Below, piece by piece: positions 1 through 10,695 of a stretch of DNA of 64,000 nt (within the stretch, counting starts at the first letter, position 1; every line of letters starts with the position of its first letter). The DNA lies in contig NMRA01000056.1 in assembly GCA_002633005.1 (NCBI GenBank), positions 71,165 through 135,164 of the forward strand, in the 5' to 3' direction. The notes under the pieces are model-generated. The model made no database searches, was not told the origin of the DNA, and was given only the letters and a program-made list of their open reading frames with translations. The DNA is from Phoronis australis (Eukaryota > Animalia > Phoronida). The position numbers and the translations under genes were made by a program.

Positions 1-514
1 TGAGGCATAATTCACTGAAAAGCTTCTGGGTGTATGTAGCTCCTATAGGAGCATCAATGTCCCTGGACTCCCTCCAGGGGCCAGTTGAGACTGTGGCACT
101 GTCTGTGTTGACACCAGTGAAATGACACAACATGTCACGTGGTTTACCAGCATCCTCTGCACCCGGCCGTCAACAGGAGACGACATATTCTTGTTCAGCA
201 TCCTGTTTGGTTGATAGGTGCACCTGATTTTCCCTGGACCTTAACTACAACAGCCTCAATGGTAGACGCAACACATGTAAGTTCAGGTTTTCCTGGATAA
301 AATCCAAGAAGTAATCAGGTGATAACAATTTCTGCACAAAACTCGAAAGGCATGTACATAATACTCCTGCAAACATGTAAAGAGGAGCATTGCCAACACT
401 GTACACGATGTATTAATCCTCTGCATTACCTCATTAACAAAATAACGCACCTATTTAAAAAAAAAAAACAAAATAAAAATGTCCTCATTAACAGATTACG
501 GTTCGTTGACCTAC

Positions 515-755
515 CGAGCCTGTTTACACCATGGCTGAAATGACCCCTGTAATCAGCAGCAATCAAGGTGTCAGCCAAAGTTTCAGCATGTTCTATCTTA
601 ATGTCGGTACTTAACATGCAGCGAATTGTGAATTCTCTGATATCCTCTCTTTTCACGACAATGCCTTCGCTGCTTGTCGAGTACAACTTGGAAAATTGAG
701 CAAAGTGTCGAAGTTGGCATCGCAGCTTCGACACTTGTTTTGCTACACCGGCCAT
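515..755 (-). CDS. First coding exon of a type-2 malate/L-lactate dehydrogenase (Ldh_2, YjmC/AllD/ComC-like) family oxidoreductase with a probable mitochondrial presequence; gene continues off the left edge
   Basis: Translation contains the Ldh_2 N-terminal signature 'HAETLADTLIAADYRGHFSHGVNRL'. Similarity stops at a phase-1 donor (CTC G|GTAGGT, intron starts at 514). The first ~28 aa are Arg/Lys/Ser-rich and lack acidic residues. Confidence 0.9.
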
Positions 756-782
756 TTTAGAACTGTCAGCGCCATCTGGTGC
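751..782 (-). promoter_or_regulatory. YY1-like AAAATGGC over the start codon and an adjacent CTCF-like motif (GCACCAGATGGCGC)
   Basis: Minus strand 782-769 reads GCACCAGATGGCGC, 13/14 to the CCASYAGRKGGCRS consensus; AAAATGGC spans the ATG. Motif match only. Confidence 0.35.
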
Positions 783-3700
783 AAGGTCACACTTTAGGTG
801 CCCAGTGAACTTGAAGTCCGTGCCCTCAGTGTGGCCCGCGGTTGGGAAACCTTAGGAGGGGGGGAGGGGAGTGAAAAAAAATGAAAAATTGACTGACCCT
901 GAACAGAACCCGGCACTAGTCACTAAGTTGTCTCATCAGTCTGTCGGCCAATCGGGCCCTTATTAATTGACGCCGAGTGAAATATAGGTACACATTCTAT
1001 CGGAATGGGTATAGATGGAGCTCTTTTTTGTCCAAGACGGTTGAGTGCCGCACGCGTGTTTGTACCCGGATGACTGGGGCCTCATTCTGCAGCATCTGAT
1101 GGCAGCCTTCTTGGGGCGCAAGATTGTTTGTGAAAAATTCTGCCCTCTCCGTCGGGAGTCGCCGCGGCTTTTTGCCGGAGGATGCGTAGTCTACCAAGAA
1201 TTTTGGGTCGCCCCGGCCCCCGTCCGTTGCCGAGAATAGCTGTTACTGGCCCCCAGTAGCACTCAGACTCAGTGAACAGCTTCGGCATGCGGCCTGCCGT
1301 GTGCCAGTGGCGACGGGACGGACCTAGGATATAAGGGCCGGAGGGCAACATTTAGTGTCCCGGGCAGCCACGCATAGATGCGCGCACCCAGCCTAAAATG
1401 TAGGGGGGCTCGAATTACTGAGAATGTGAAGGAGATTCGCTAAAAAACAAACGAAGAACTACGAAAAAAAAAACGGAACACGGTTGCGCCGGCGGGGTGG
1501 CCCTCACATGCACACGCACGCGCAAACTGAGATTGCACACATCATTAAATCTTGTTTTAGCCACACAGTCATTACTGGGGTTACTTAAGAGAATAAGCTC
1601 AATGTTTCCTCACGCTCTTACTGCTTTATTTATTTTTTGCAGCCAGAGCCAATTCATGGGGGAGGGGGCTCCACGCCGATCCATGTCGCCTTGGAGTGCA
1701 GTAAAAAAGTCAAATGACTACAAATCTTACGGGCTCTACGGTGCCAGTGTCGGAAAGTAAAGAATGTCCACCGTTGTAAAACGGCTGACTGAATAGAGTA
1801 TCCAGGTAATTCACTGAATGACGAGCTCGTATGCTAGCATTCAAATACCGTCATGGAGTATGTTGTACAGGGGGGACATTGTCAATTACCACACAAGGTT
1901 GACCAAAATGGGTACGTAAACTATTAAAACAAGAGGCGTGCCCGCATGAAACGAGGGCTTATGCCTTGCACTGAAAAAATCCACACAACTTTGTCTTCGT
2001 ATTAAAAAAAAAACTTACGGCATTATTTGTATGTCGGTCAAATGGTTTTAAAAGCTCTGATTCAGTGTTAGTGCTGTGACGCTGCAAGTGAATGTGAAAT
2101 CCTTTTCACACAAATGCCTTTCCATAGAGTTGTTTGCAGTGGTGGTGGCAGGGGGCCAAGGAGACCCAGGCCCTCTCTAGTAAGGCCATTTGGGGGGAGG
2201 TGTGCAAACGCGCTTTTTGGTGGCATCGAAACATTTTTGAGGGGCTCCATGTAGCGCTTTCAGTTGCGCCAAAAATCAGTTCCTGCAAATAGGAAAACAA
2301 GACAGCCGTATGATTCAGTTTTTAAGGGAACAGAGCGCATTATTCCTGCACTCGGCTCCCCAGCTTTTGGATGCCATACCGCCACTGTTTATTTGTTCGT
2401 TTGTGAGACGTTCCAAACTAAACGTTTCACAAAGGTGCTTCCAACATTTTGTTTAAAGATGGCTTGAATGTTTTGAAAGAAGTGCCGTTTCTTGAAATGT
2501 TAAAACAGTGAATGAAAATGTAGTTAATGATAATGATAACTTTTTGACTAACGTGGATATTTTTCGGTCACGAGATTGGGCAAAGTGGACATTCTAATGT
2601 TCCAAACGCTGGATGCCAGTGTGTTGCGATTGTTTTTGAGTGTGATTGCAGCGATCAGATTTTTAAATTCAAATAAATGCTATTTGAGGCCAACAATGGC
2701 CAAGAAAAAAGTGTATTGCACACTCGGTACTCGTGCGTAGAAGTTCCAAATGCCGGCTATTACAAGAAAAATTTTGCAACATGCTTTACAAAGAAGATTT
2801 GCATTTGGAAACCTATTGAAATAATCCAGGAAGTGCGCTTCAGCTTGACACTTATGAAAGGATACTCAACCCTGTTTTGATGATTTCAACCTGCTAATGC
2901 ATTATTTATGTCAATACCCCCCATCTCACAAATTGGATGTTATGGTCCTTTGTGGTTGGTCTTTTCCCACACGTGCCGTGTAATTCGCTAGAAGCGTAAG
3001 TCACGCTTGCTCGTGTAGCAGACTTCAAGGAGTTTTCAAATTTTCCTCTAAACTTTTGAAGGTTGCAAAGGACCATACACAGGATCATTTTGATCCAGAC
3101 AACTGGATGGGAAAGTCGTTTTGGTATCTGTTCATAGGCCAAAACCGGGTTTGGTATCCTTCTAAAGTTATTAGCGTATCTGTGTCGTTTGAAATGAATC
3201 AAGGATACCTCCAAAGTCAGATTGTCATTTCCTTGCTTAACTTGTATTTTGAAAAAGCTCTTCATTAATTGACACTGTTCAAACATTGAAGCGTGTTCAT
3301 TAATTATTGATGTGTACTGATGTTGCATATATACATGTAGGCCTATCGATAAATAAACAACATTGTACTTATTGGTGCACAATTAACGTTACTTATTGCT
3401 ATGAACATTTGGTTGGTATAACAGAGGCCCTAGTGAACTGTTGTGCCGGGGGCCCACGCGCCAGAATCATCTGAATAGGTTCGAATGCATATTTCGATCG
3501 CTGTTTCGAGCTCTTTTTCAATGTCCGAGTTTATTTCCACGAAATTGCTGGAAAATACAGCATCTCTACGCAATTCAGCCCGACTAGACTAGGGTGATAA
3601 TGAGCGTAGGCAGCGGAACATGTTGATTTTTCACATTCAGCACGCGATAGGAAGTCGTTCAGAATTGGCATTTAGGACCATTGGAATTTTACGACTGAGT

Positions 3701-4302
3701 ATCGAAACTGATCGAGGATGACTGTTGATCTTCGAAATCTGTAATGGGAACCGACGGCAAGCTTCTAAGTTGACCGTCGTTGCCAAATATCCCGCTTTTA
3801 GAAGGTTATAATCCTGCGTCGCGGGACACTATCAAAATATCCCGCATTTTGACACACAGCGAAACTAACTTATTGTCATCTATTATATTTGATTTTCCGC
3901 GCGATGTGGCTTTATTTTCCCATTCGACTAGGTAATAAAAACGCTGTCTATTAGTTTTCATTGGGTGTTGAGACACCCGTATTTTTACGTTCGTTGACAG
4001 AAGTGGAACTCACTGTTAGAGTGTCCTCGGGTGTTGTGGCGGACATTTCACACATATGTTTTGGCATAGACCCAAAATTCCCTCTTTGTATCTGGATGTC
4101 CCGCTTTTTCAATCCAGGTGTCCCGCCTTTCTCATTCTCGAATGTTTGCAACTATGCGTTAACGGAGAAGTTGACTCGACTAACAAGAATTTTGCAGGGT
4201 TTAAACCCATTTCTAAAAGAAGTTGTGGGAAGAGAACGCTTAACACTTTTCAAGCACAGGTGGTGCTACTCTGCGAAATGCACAGCGTATACCTGGACTT
4301 GA

Positions 4303-4620
4303 CTAAAAAATCACGCACACGATCAAAAATCATGGTGCACGAACCACAACAATCATACTTGCGATCACAAAATCGTACACACGAGCATCGAATCACACGC
4401 ACGAACACTTTTATCGTTTGGCGTGGTTCGTGCGTATGATTCGGATGCTCATAGGTATGATCTGTGTTCGTCTGTGTGATTTTTTTTTGGTTCGTACGCA
4501 TCATTTTTTTCGTACGCGTCATTTTTAGGTTTGTATGCACGATTCATAGGTTCGTATTCATAATTCATAGGTTCGTAGGTTGTTCGTGCGTTAGATGAGA
4601 TGCCCGTGCGTATGATTCTA
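4303..4620. repeat. Foldback-like element built from ~20-21 bp degenerate subrepeats in inverted arrays
   Basis: Left units resemble AATCAYRCGCACGAWC and right units are their reverse complements. The innermost pair 4389-4406 / 4426-4443 matches 17/18 across a 19-bp spacer. Confidence 0.6.
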
Positions 4621-5483
4621 CATGGATTTTTATTCGCCAAGCTTTGTCTCGAGGAACAACGATCTCTCACTTTTTTACAAGGCCAAAAACAACTTCTCAT
4701 ATGAGTAAAAAGTAGATAAAGACACTTTGTAGCGGGAAGTGATCCAAAACAGAGTTTGTTTTCCTTCACGTGGACGGAACTTGAGTTTATTACCACATTA
4801 AAACAAAAAAATAAAACTGCGAAGGCAAACATCAGTCGCTTCGTTGTACCAGCTGTAAACTAACCCCTAAGTGCCTCTTATGCTTAAGTTTGTTGTATAT
4901 GACGTCAATATTTTGTAATCACAGAGTTACTTCCAGTTGACTGATTTATGCCATCGATTTTACGAAAGGCATAATACCCATCAAAACAAACGGATTCCCG
5001 AGTTTTCAAAAACTCCACCGTGCTAATATTTGTTACCGTCTTTTGACAGTTTTCAGTTATATTTCCTCCTCTGTTATTTCATTCAAGGTATGTTTACCCG
5101 GCAAGTCCCGTGTCGATAATAGTTTATTCAGTTAGACCACAACATTTGCTGCTGACTCCGTGGGGTCTTGGCTTAATTGAACAAACGACGCATTATTCGA
5201 GCTACTAATGTTTTGTATATGTATACCTAGTAACTGACATGTACAAGAAATGGCACTGAAATGAGAGGTGTACACAACAATTTCGATGACTTTAAGATGG
5301 ACATGTATGGATTCACTGGCAGATGACACTCTTCAAATAGGGCGTGTGACATCCAGACGTAGCAGACTTCACCCCAGGCCTTGCGAGCGTTTAGGTCGCT
5401 GGTTTCACGCGGTGTTTTCTTTTAAAAACTGCGTTCAGAAATATTCAAGAGAATGGGTAAGTGAAATGTAGGTTTGAAACATA

Positions 5484-6007
5484 CAAGGTGTTATAACCCC
5501 ACTTTTTGTCAAAAAATGAACTTTCAATTTAGACGATTTATCAAATAAAAATGGCCTCAACGTGTCCCTTATTCACCTTAGAAGTAGTTTTGGGGCCTGG
5601 AGAGGACTGGTAGTTTCTTATAATTGCTTGGAACCAGGCTCAATAAGTTCAGGGAATGGCCTGCCTCCCTTTCAGTAACGCTAGGACCTCGCTAAAAAGC
5701 AAGGCTTTGCAAGATTACGTGAGATATTGCCGTGCATTGAGAGCACGTGACTTTAACTAGGTTTTAGCTAGATCCTAGCGTAGGTCCTAGCGTCTATAAT
5801 GAACGCACGCGTGGTCTAGCCATTTTATTAAACTTGATCCCCAGGTGTTGTAAAAACGAGCTACCTGTTCTTTCCGAACACATAAGATACTTCTGCAAGG
5901 AAAAAATTCAGGCCAGCTTTATTTCGGTACTTGGTTTCAATCAAAAGTTGATATTTTTGACAGAAAACGGGTTCGTAAATGTCAAAAGTGGATTCCAAAC
6001 ACCACTG
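5484..6007. mobile_element. Tc1/mariner-type non-autonomous element (MITE) with a nested Harbinger-like MITE
   Basis: TA flanks on both sides. Imperfect TIRs CAAGGTGTTATAACCCCACTTTTTGTCA vs (reverse complement) CAGTGGTGTTTGGAATCCACTTTTGACA. Confidence 0.55.
5661..5810. mobile_element. Harbinger-like MITE family A, copy 1
   Basis: TTCAGTAACGCTAGGACCT...AGGTCCTAGCGTCTA inverted ends and the core GATTACGTGAGATATT, shared with 16445-16598 and 19593-19742. Confidence 0.75.
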
Positions 6008-7178
6008 TAAGGCCGGTTGGATACAGATGAAACTGTAGAATACCTGTTACGATTCATGCATCTGTCCCCAACACCTTATATGGGGTTGTGTTTAAATGTT
6101 TCAGTAAATTGCAAATGGTACCATTGAAAGCTGGAATAATTTAAAAACAACACCAGCTTTTCTGAAATTTCATCTCAAATAAGAGCATCATACGACTCTT
6201 GGTCGTGTTATCAACACCATTGTTTTACTATGAACGGTGCATTTCCAAAACGTCTTTGATATCCTGATATTCAACCATTGTCGGAGTCCATTTCTTCTTG
6301 CATGTTCCAGTGGAACGAGTCGTGGAGTCTAAAAAACGGTAGCATGCATGTCAACCTACAAGGGAATTACGCATTTACTACGTATTTTTGACATTTCTGT
6401 AGTGGTAGTTGTAGCGCCAAAATGCAATGTATTTACTAAGCATTTTTGCCGATGGTCATAATGAAATTTTTAAACCTTTGCTTTGACTTTTACTGACAAT
6501 CTCTTTTGTCGAAATAATCTCATATCACGAGCCTTGCTCTACAGGCCCAAAGGAGTTACCAAGGAGTATAACAACACCCACAGTTACTAATAGGCATGCA
6601 ATGCATTTTGACCATATTTTGACTCGTTTTCGTCAGTACCATGGTTTGCTGTGTATTTTTTTTACAAAAAATGCTATGGTTAGAACAAAAATGACGCCTG
6701 TGATTCTTTTTGTAAAAGGTCTTGCGTCCGGTGTTAGCTAAGACAGTAATTATAATTTTAATTTTAATTTTAATTCGCATACATTTCATTGACGTGGCTT
6801 ATGAAGGTAGGCGTTACATGAAAAATTATCAACCGAACGTCAGTTGTAACGTTCGCCGTGCGCAACTGTACCGTATCTATGGTCGTTTCAGTTACAGTAT
6901 GACCGAGCGGGCGAACTTTGATAAAACGGACTCCAGATTTGAAATTGAAAAATTATCATGGTTTCGTGTGTACCTACACGATGACATTTCTGTCAGAGGA
7001 AAGTCTCAACAGCTTCTGTTTAAAACTGCAAACCGTGATGTTCACAAACGTAACTGCTCTTCTAAAGCAAAGATATCGCCATCTTACTAGGCATTGTGCA
7101 GTACAATAAAATCCGGGAAGTACTCGACTATATTTTTAACTTGGGTTGAACCTGGAAATTTTGGGTAATATTCAATTG

Positions 7179-7258
7179 CAGGGGTCTCACAATTTGAGAA
7201 CCAGTTTTCTCCACTGGATAACGGGCATCAAATTGGTTCTCAAAATCCTGGACCCCTG
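7179..7258. mobile_element. 80-bp hairpin MITE family B, copy 1
   Basis: CAGGGG...TTTGAGAACCA...TGGTTCTCAAA...CCCCTG; close matches at 42760-42841 and 49009-49088. Confidence 0.75.
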
Positions 7259-9468
7259 GACTTGGAAAAATGACAATTGCCAGAATTAGGATACCCACAT
7301 ATTTATAAAGTGTACTAGAAAAAAGAAAACCTGTTTATAGTCACTTTTTTGTTTCTGTTCTGGAAAGCCCATCCTTTTAGGGGTTAATTCCATAAACGAA
7401 TAAAACTTCTTGGACAGACCAATTTTGAACTCACTGAGCTGAAACAGCTAGTAGAAGGAGAGATACCGTGTTGTCAACAACTGTCAATCTTTCACTCAGA
7501 ACAGATTCGAAAATCAAGCAAATGCCGTTCGGAGCTTTCACACGCAACGCAGAACTTAAAATGTTCAGCCAACCCAGCAGCCGCCAATTTTCACGAAATT
7601 GGAAATTCAACTGTGGCTCCTCAAAAAAACTACTGAGTGCCACCCTAATCTAGGAAGATCTTGGGTATACTCGCTAAAGGGGGCACAGAACAGTTCTCGC
7701 TGGGATTTGCCTATCAGAACACACGTCAATGGACTCGTCACCCTTATTTCACTCTGTCGAAAACTGTATGCAAAGAATGAAAAGTTTTGTGTCATTTCAC
7801 ATCAAAATCCCTACAAATGAGCACAGAAACTTTATTCTCTATTCTATTTTTGACCCTTTCACTCCTACTGAAAAGCAAGGTAGGCAAAAAAGGGGCAAAA
7901 AACACAAAATCGTCACTTTTCATCCCAAAACCACCTCTTCCCTGCCGATGCACGACTCTAAGCCAACATTAGATTCTGAAACCAAATTTCCTACCGAATC
8001 CAAAAATGTGTCCCAAAAGTAATGTCAACGAACTACTTTTTAGAATTCTGGCTTGTTTGAAGGCTATCTGTTGCAGCCGATTCCTCAGTCGCTGAATTGC
8101 AATGGACAAATGCTACAGGGGTTCGCCATATTGAAGAAGAGTGCAGCAACATCCGAGCAAGTGGTCTCATTCTCAATATGCTCACAAATACAAACAAACC
8201 ACATTCATTGAGCCTGTATGCAGCATCTACCTTAAACCTGCCCCCAACCTGGTGTATCCTAGATTTTAGCATGGGAGTGCAAATAGGCCGCTTACGCAGC
8301 CTTACTCTTCAGTGCCACATAAACACTTGAATTTCTCTTGCGTGATTTTCGTGGTCTCGTGTGTTATTGCTTCTTTTTGGCGAGATTTGTGTGTCTGACG
8401 ATTGCATCTCATGCGATAAAAGCGAGATTAAAGAGGCTTGGAACGCGATAAGAAGACTAAATTGAAATATTGAAAATAGTCCTCTCCTATTTAAACAGAA
8501 TTCAACCTAATCACCATGTATTTTTAGGATTTGTTCGCAAAGATTTTTAATTTCTGTTGATATCAAAGCATTTAGTAAGTACGTTTATATTCAAATTTCC
8601 AAAAAACGATTTGTCAACTGCTCGCCACTTCGTCGATTTTTCTCCCTCAAGGCAAAGCACGCCTCCTTATTTGGTATGGCAAGACATATACGTAGCACAT
8701 TTCCCTTAATATGGAAATGTGACCGTTGACCTTAAGCGACTTCAAGCAACTGATTGTGAGCGCACGCGCGCATTTATAAGTGGGAAATTAGAAACTCTGT
8801 GGTTTTTCTCCTTCGCGCGTACTACAAAAATTCGTGAATTTTATGACTTTTTTTCTGTAAAATTCCTCACACGGGGAAAGAGAATTATTCTGTATAAGAC
8901 GTTCCAAGATGGTACTTTCGCCAGGAATTGTTTAAAACATATTTTGACGAATTTTCCCGTTCCATGCCTCTTTAAGGAAGACCACGGAAAATAAGTAGAG
9001 CGAAAATCGAGTGTTACACGAATAATCTCTACCGACGGAACCTTAGTTGTGTACACACAGCATGTAAAATATCCGCCCCCGAAGTGATTGACGGACAATG
9101 CAACTTAGAACTGTGAAATATAACTCACTGTTTCTGTTCAAGTGAATATTCGCACCGTACGTGCCTCGCAAGTGACTTGCGTTCACGGAACGCAGCCTAG
9201 CTTTTGTACACTTCGAGGCGTATATCAGAAGTTCAATTAAATTGACATGTTTCAAAACAACGATTTTGTAAACGCATGTCGAGGAATATGAAGATGAATA
9301 TAAATACAGTTATCTCAGTATCCTCAAAATTGTTAATTTACACTTCTGGGGGTTAAAATTCTGGAATGGCAGCAACCAAGTTTATCTCTCGATCAGTATA
9401 AAACACTTTTGTGGTCATAATGGAAACGTTTGTTTGCATGTTTTTTACAGGTGCACATCACGTCACCA

Positions 9469-10695
9469 ATGTTTGATATGGTAGTCAGCCGCCATTTGGA
9501 AACAATGGAAACGCGCTTTTATTCTGCCATAAGAGAATGTCGGTTCCGACATTTTTGCGTTTTTCTAGAACTTGGAGTGGACGTGAATAGCCGAGACCGG
9601 GAAGGTACTACACCGCTCATAATGGCAGCACGCGTGGCAAACGAACGGCAAGCTGTAAACATGGCACGGTGCCTCCTACGTCATGGCGCGTGCGTCTCCA
9701 GTAGTGACTCAAGTGGGCAGACAGTGCTGCACCATGCGGCAAGGGAGCAAAAGGAACAGTTACTCGGTCTTTTGTTGGAGTTTGTGCGACCACAGGATGT
9801 ATTAGTGGCCGACAACAATGGCGACACGACTCTTCACATTGCTGCATCCGTGGGTAATGTAATGGCGGCAAAGATGTTAGTCCAGTTGACTTCATTGACA
9901 AGACTTGTAATCGATAGAAAAAACAGGAACGGTTTGACTCCATTAATGTCCGCCTGTCAGCGCGGACATATTACTGTCGCCCGAGTTTTTGTTTCTATGG
10001 GCAGGGCTTCACCGACCATGCGCGATTCTCTGTCTTTAAGGAATGCCCGTGATTGGCTAGAAACCGTATTGTTTGTTCCCGATCACTTGGAACCTTTTAA
10101 GTGCAGGCAAGAGGATTTGCATTTAATAACGCCAAAGCCACTCGAGTATATTCAACCCATTGAACTGCGAGAATTTTCGATAAATAAACCTACATTCAAC
10201 GTGAATAAGGTTGACTCGTTGGTTCATAGACGACTGCAGGCAAAATCGGCGCGAAGTTTCTTAATAAAGTCACCGAGAGCGCCTCTCGGTAAGCAGTCGC
10301 CGAGTAATAATTCCAGACAGTCGTGTAAAATGGACGGTGGGTCTACCTATAGGCAACTTCTGCCGGAACTTTTTAACATATACACCGATCAGCAAGGGTC
10401 TTATCGTGCTCCTGCGGATCCCTCTGAGTCTGAACAGAATACATCAAAAGTGGACACAGAGCGCAACGATGAAAGTCCGAGAGGCAGTAAATCCGAGAAC
10501 CTGTTCAAGGGAGCGGAAAGAGCCATAGAACTATCGTTACACATTCGAAAGTCGTTGAGAGGGGAAGACGGAGGTAAGCTAAAGCGAAGGTCGACGGATG
10601 ACAAACTTGGGAAACATTTAAATAAACTCACGGCCTTTAGTGTGTTCGCAGGACGAAAGAAAAGCATTGGAATTGACGGTAGCAGTAAAACGTGA
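9469..10695 (+). CDS. Ankyrin-repeat protein, ANKRD63/ANKRD34-like: about 5 N-terminal ANK repeats plus a low-complexity basic/Ser-rich tail, CDS in one exon
   Basis: ANK motifs DREGTTPLIMAA, DSSGQTVLHHAA, DNNGDTTLHIAA and NRNGLTPLMSACQRGH. A splice acceptor TTTTTTACAG ends at 9450 and the first ATG is at 9469 (alternatives at 9478 and 9505). The segment 'TRLVIDRKNRNGLTPL' recalls ANKRD63. Confidence 0.88.
   Translation: MFDMVVSRHLETMETRFYSAIRECRFRHFCVFLELGVDVNSRDREGTTPLIMAARVANERQAVNMARCLLRHGACVSSSDSSGQTVLHHAAREQKEQLLGLLLEFVRPQDVLVADNNGDTTLHIAASVGNVMAAKMLVQLTSLTRLVIDRKNRNGLTPLMSACQRGHITVARVFVSMGRASPTMRDSLSLRNARDWLETVLFVPDHLEPFKCRQEDLHLITPKPLEYIQPIELREFSINKPTFNVNKVDSLVHRRLQAKSARSFLIKSPRAPLGKQSPSNNSRQSCKMDGGSTYRQLLPELFNIYTDQQGSYRAPADPSESEQNTSKVDTERNDESPRGSKSENLFKGAERAIELSLHIRKSLRGEDGGKLKRRSTDDKLGKHLNKLTAFSVFAGRKKSIGIDGSSKT

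Noticed and set aside
426-514. C-terminal part of the 109-aa ORF (RSTNRNLLMRTFLFCFFF...)
   Set aside because: Read-through into intron 1 past the GT donor at 514; it includes a poly-T tract and has no Ldh_2 similarity.
4250-4832. Repetitive ORFs (YEPMNYEYEPMN..., KMTRTKKMMRT...)
   Set aside because: Translations of the foldback subrepeat array, not proteins.
9430-9468. TTG-initiated N-terminal extension of the ankyrin ORF
   Set aside because: Eukaryotic context; 9430-9450 is the polypyrimidine tract and acceptor, and the first ATG is at 9469.
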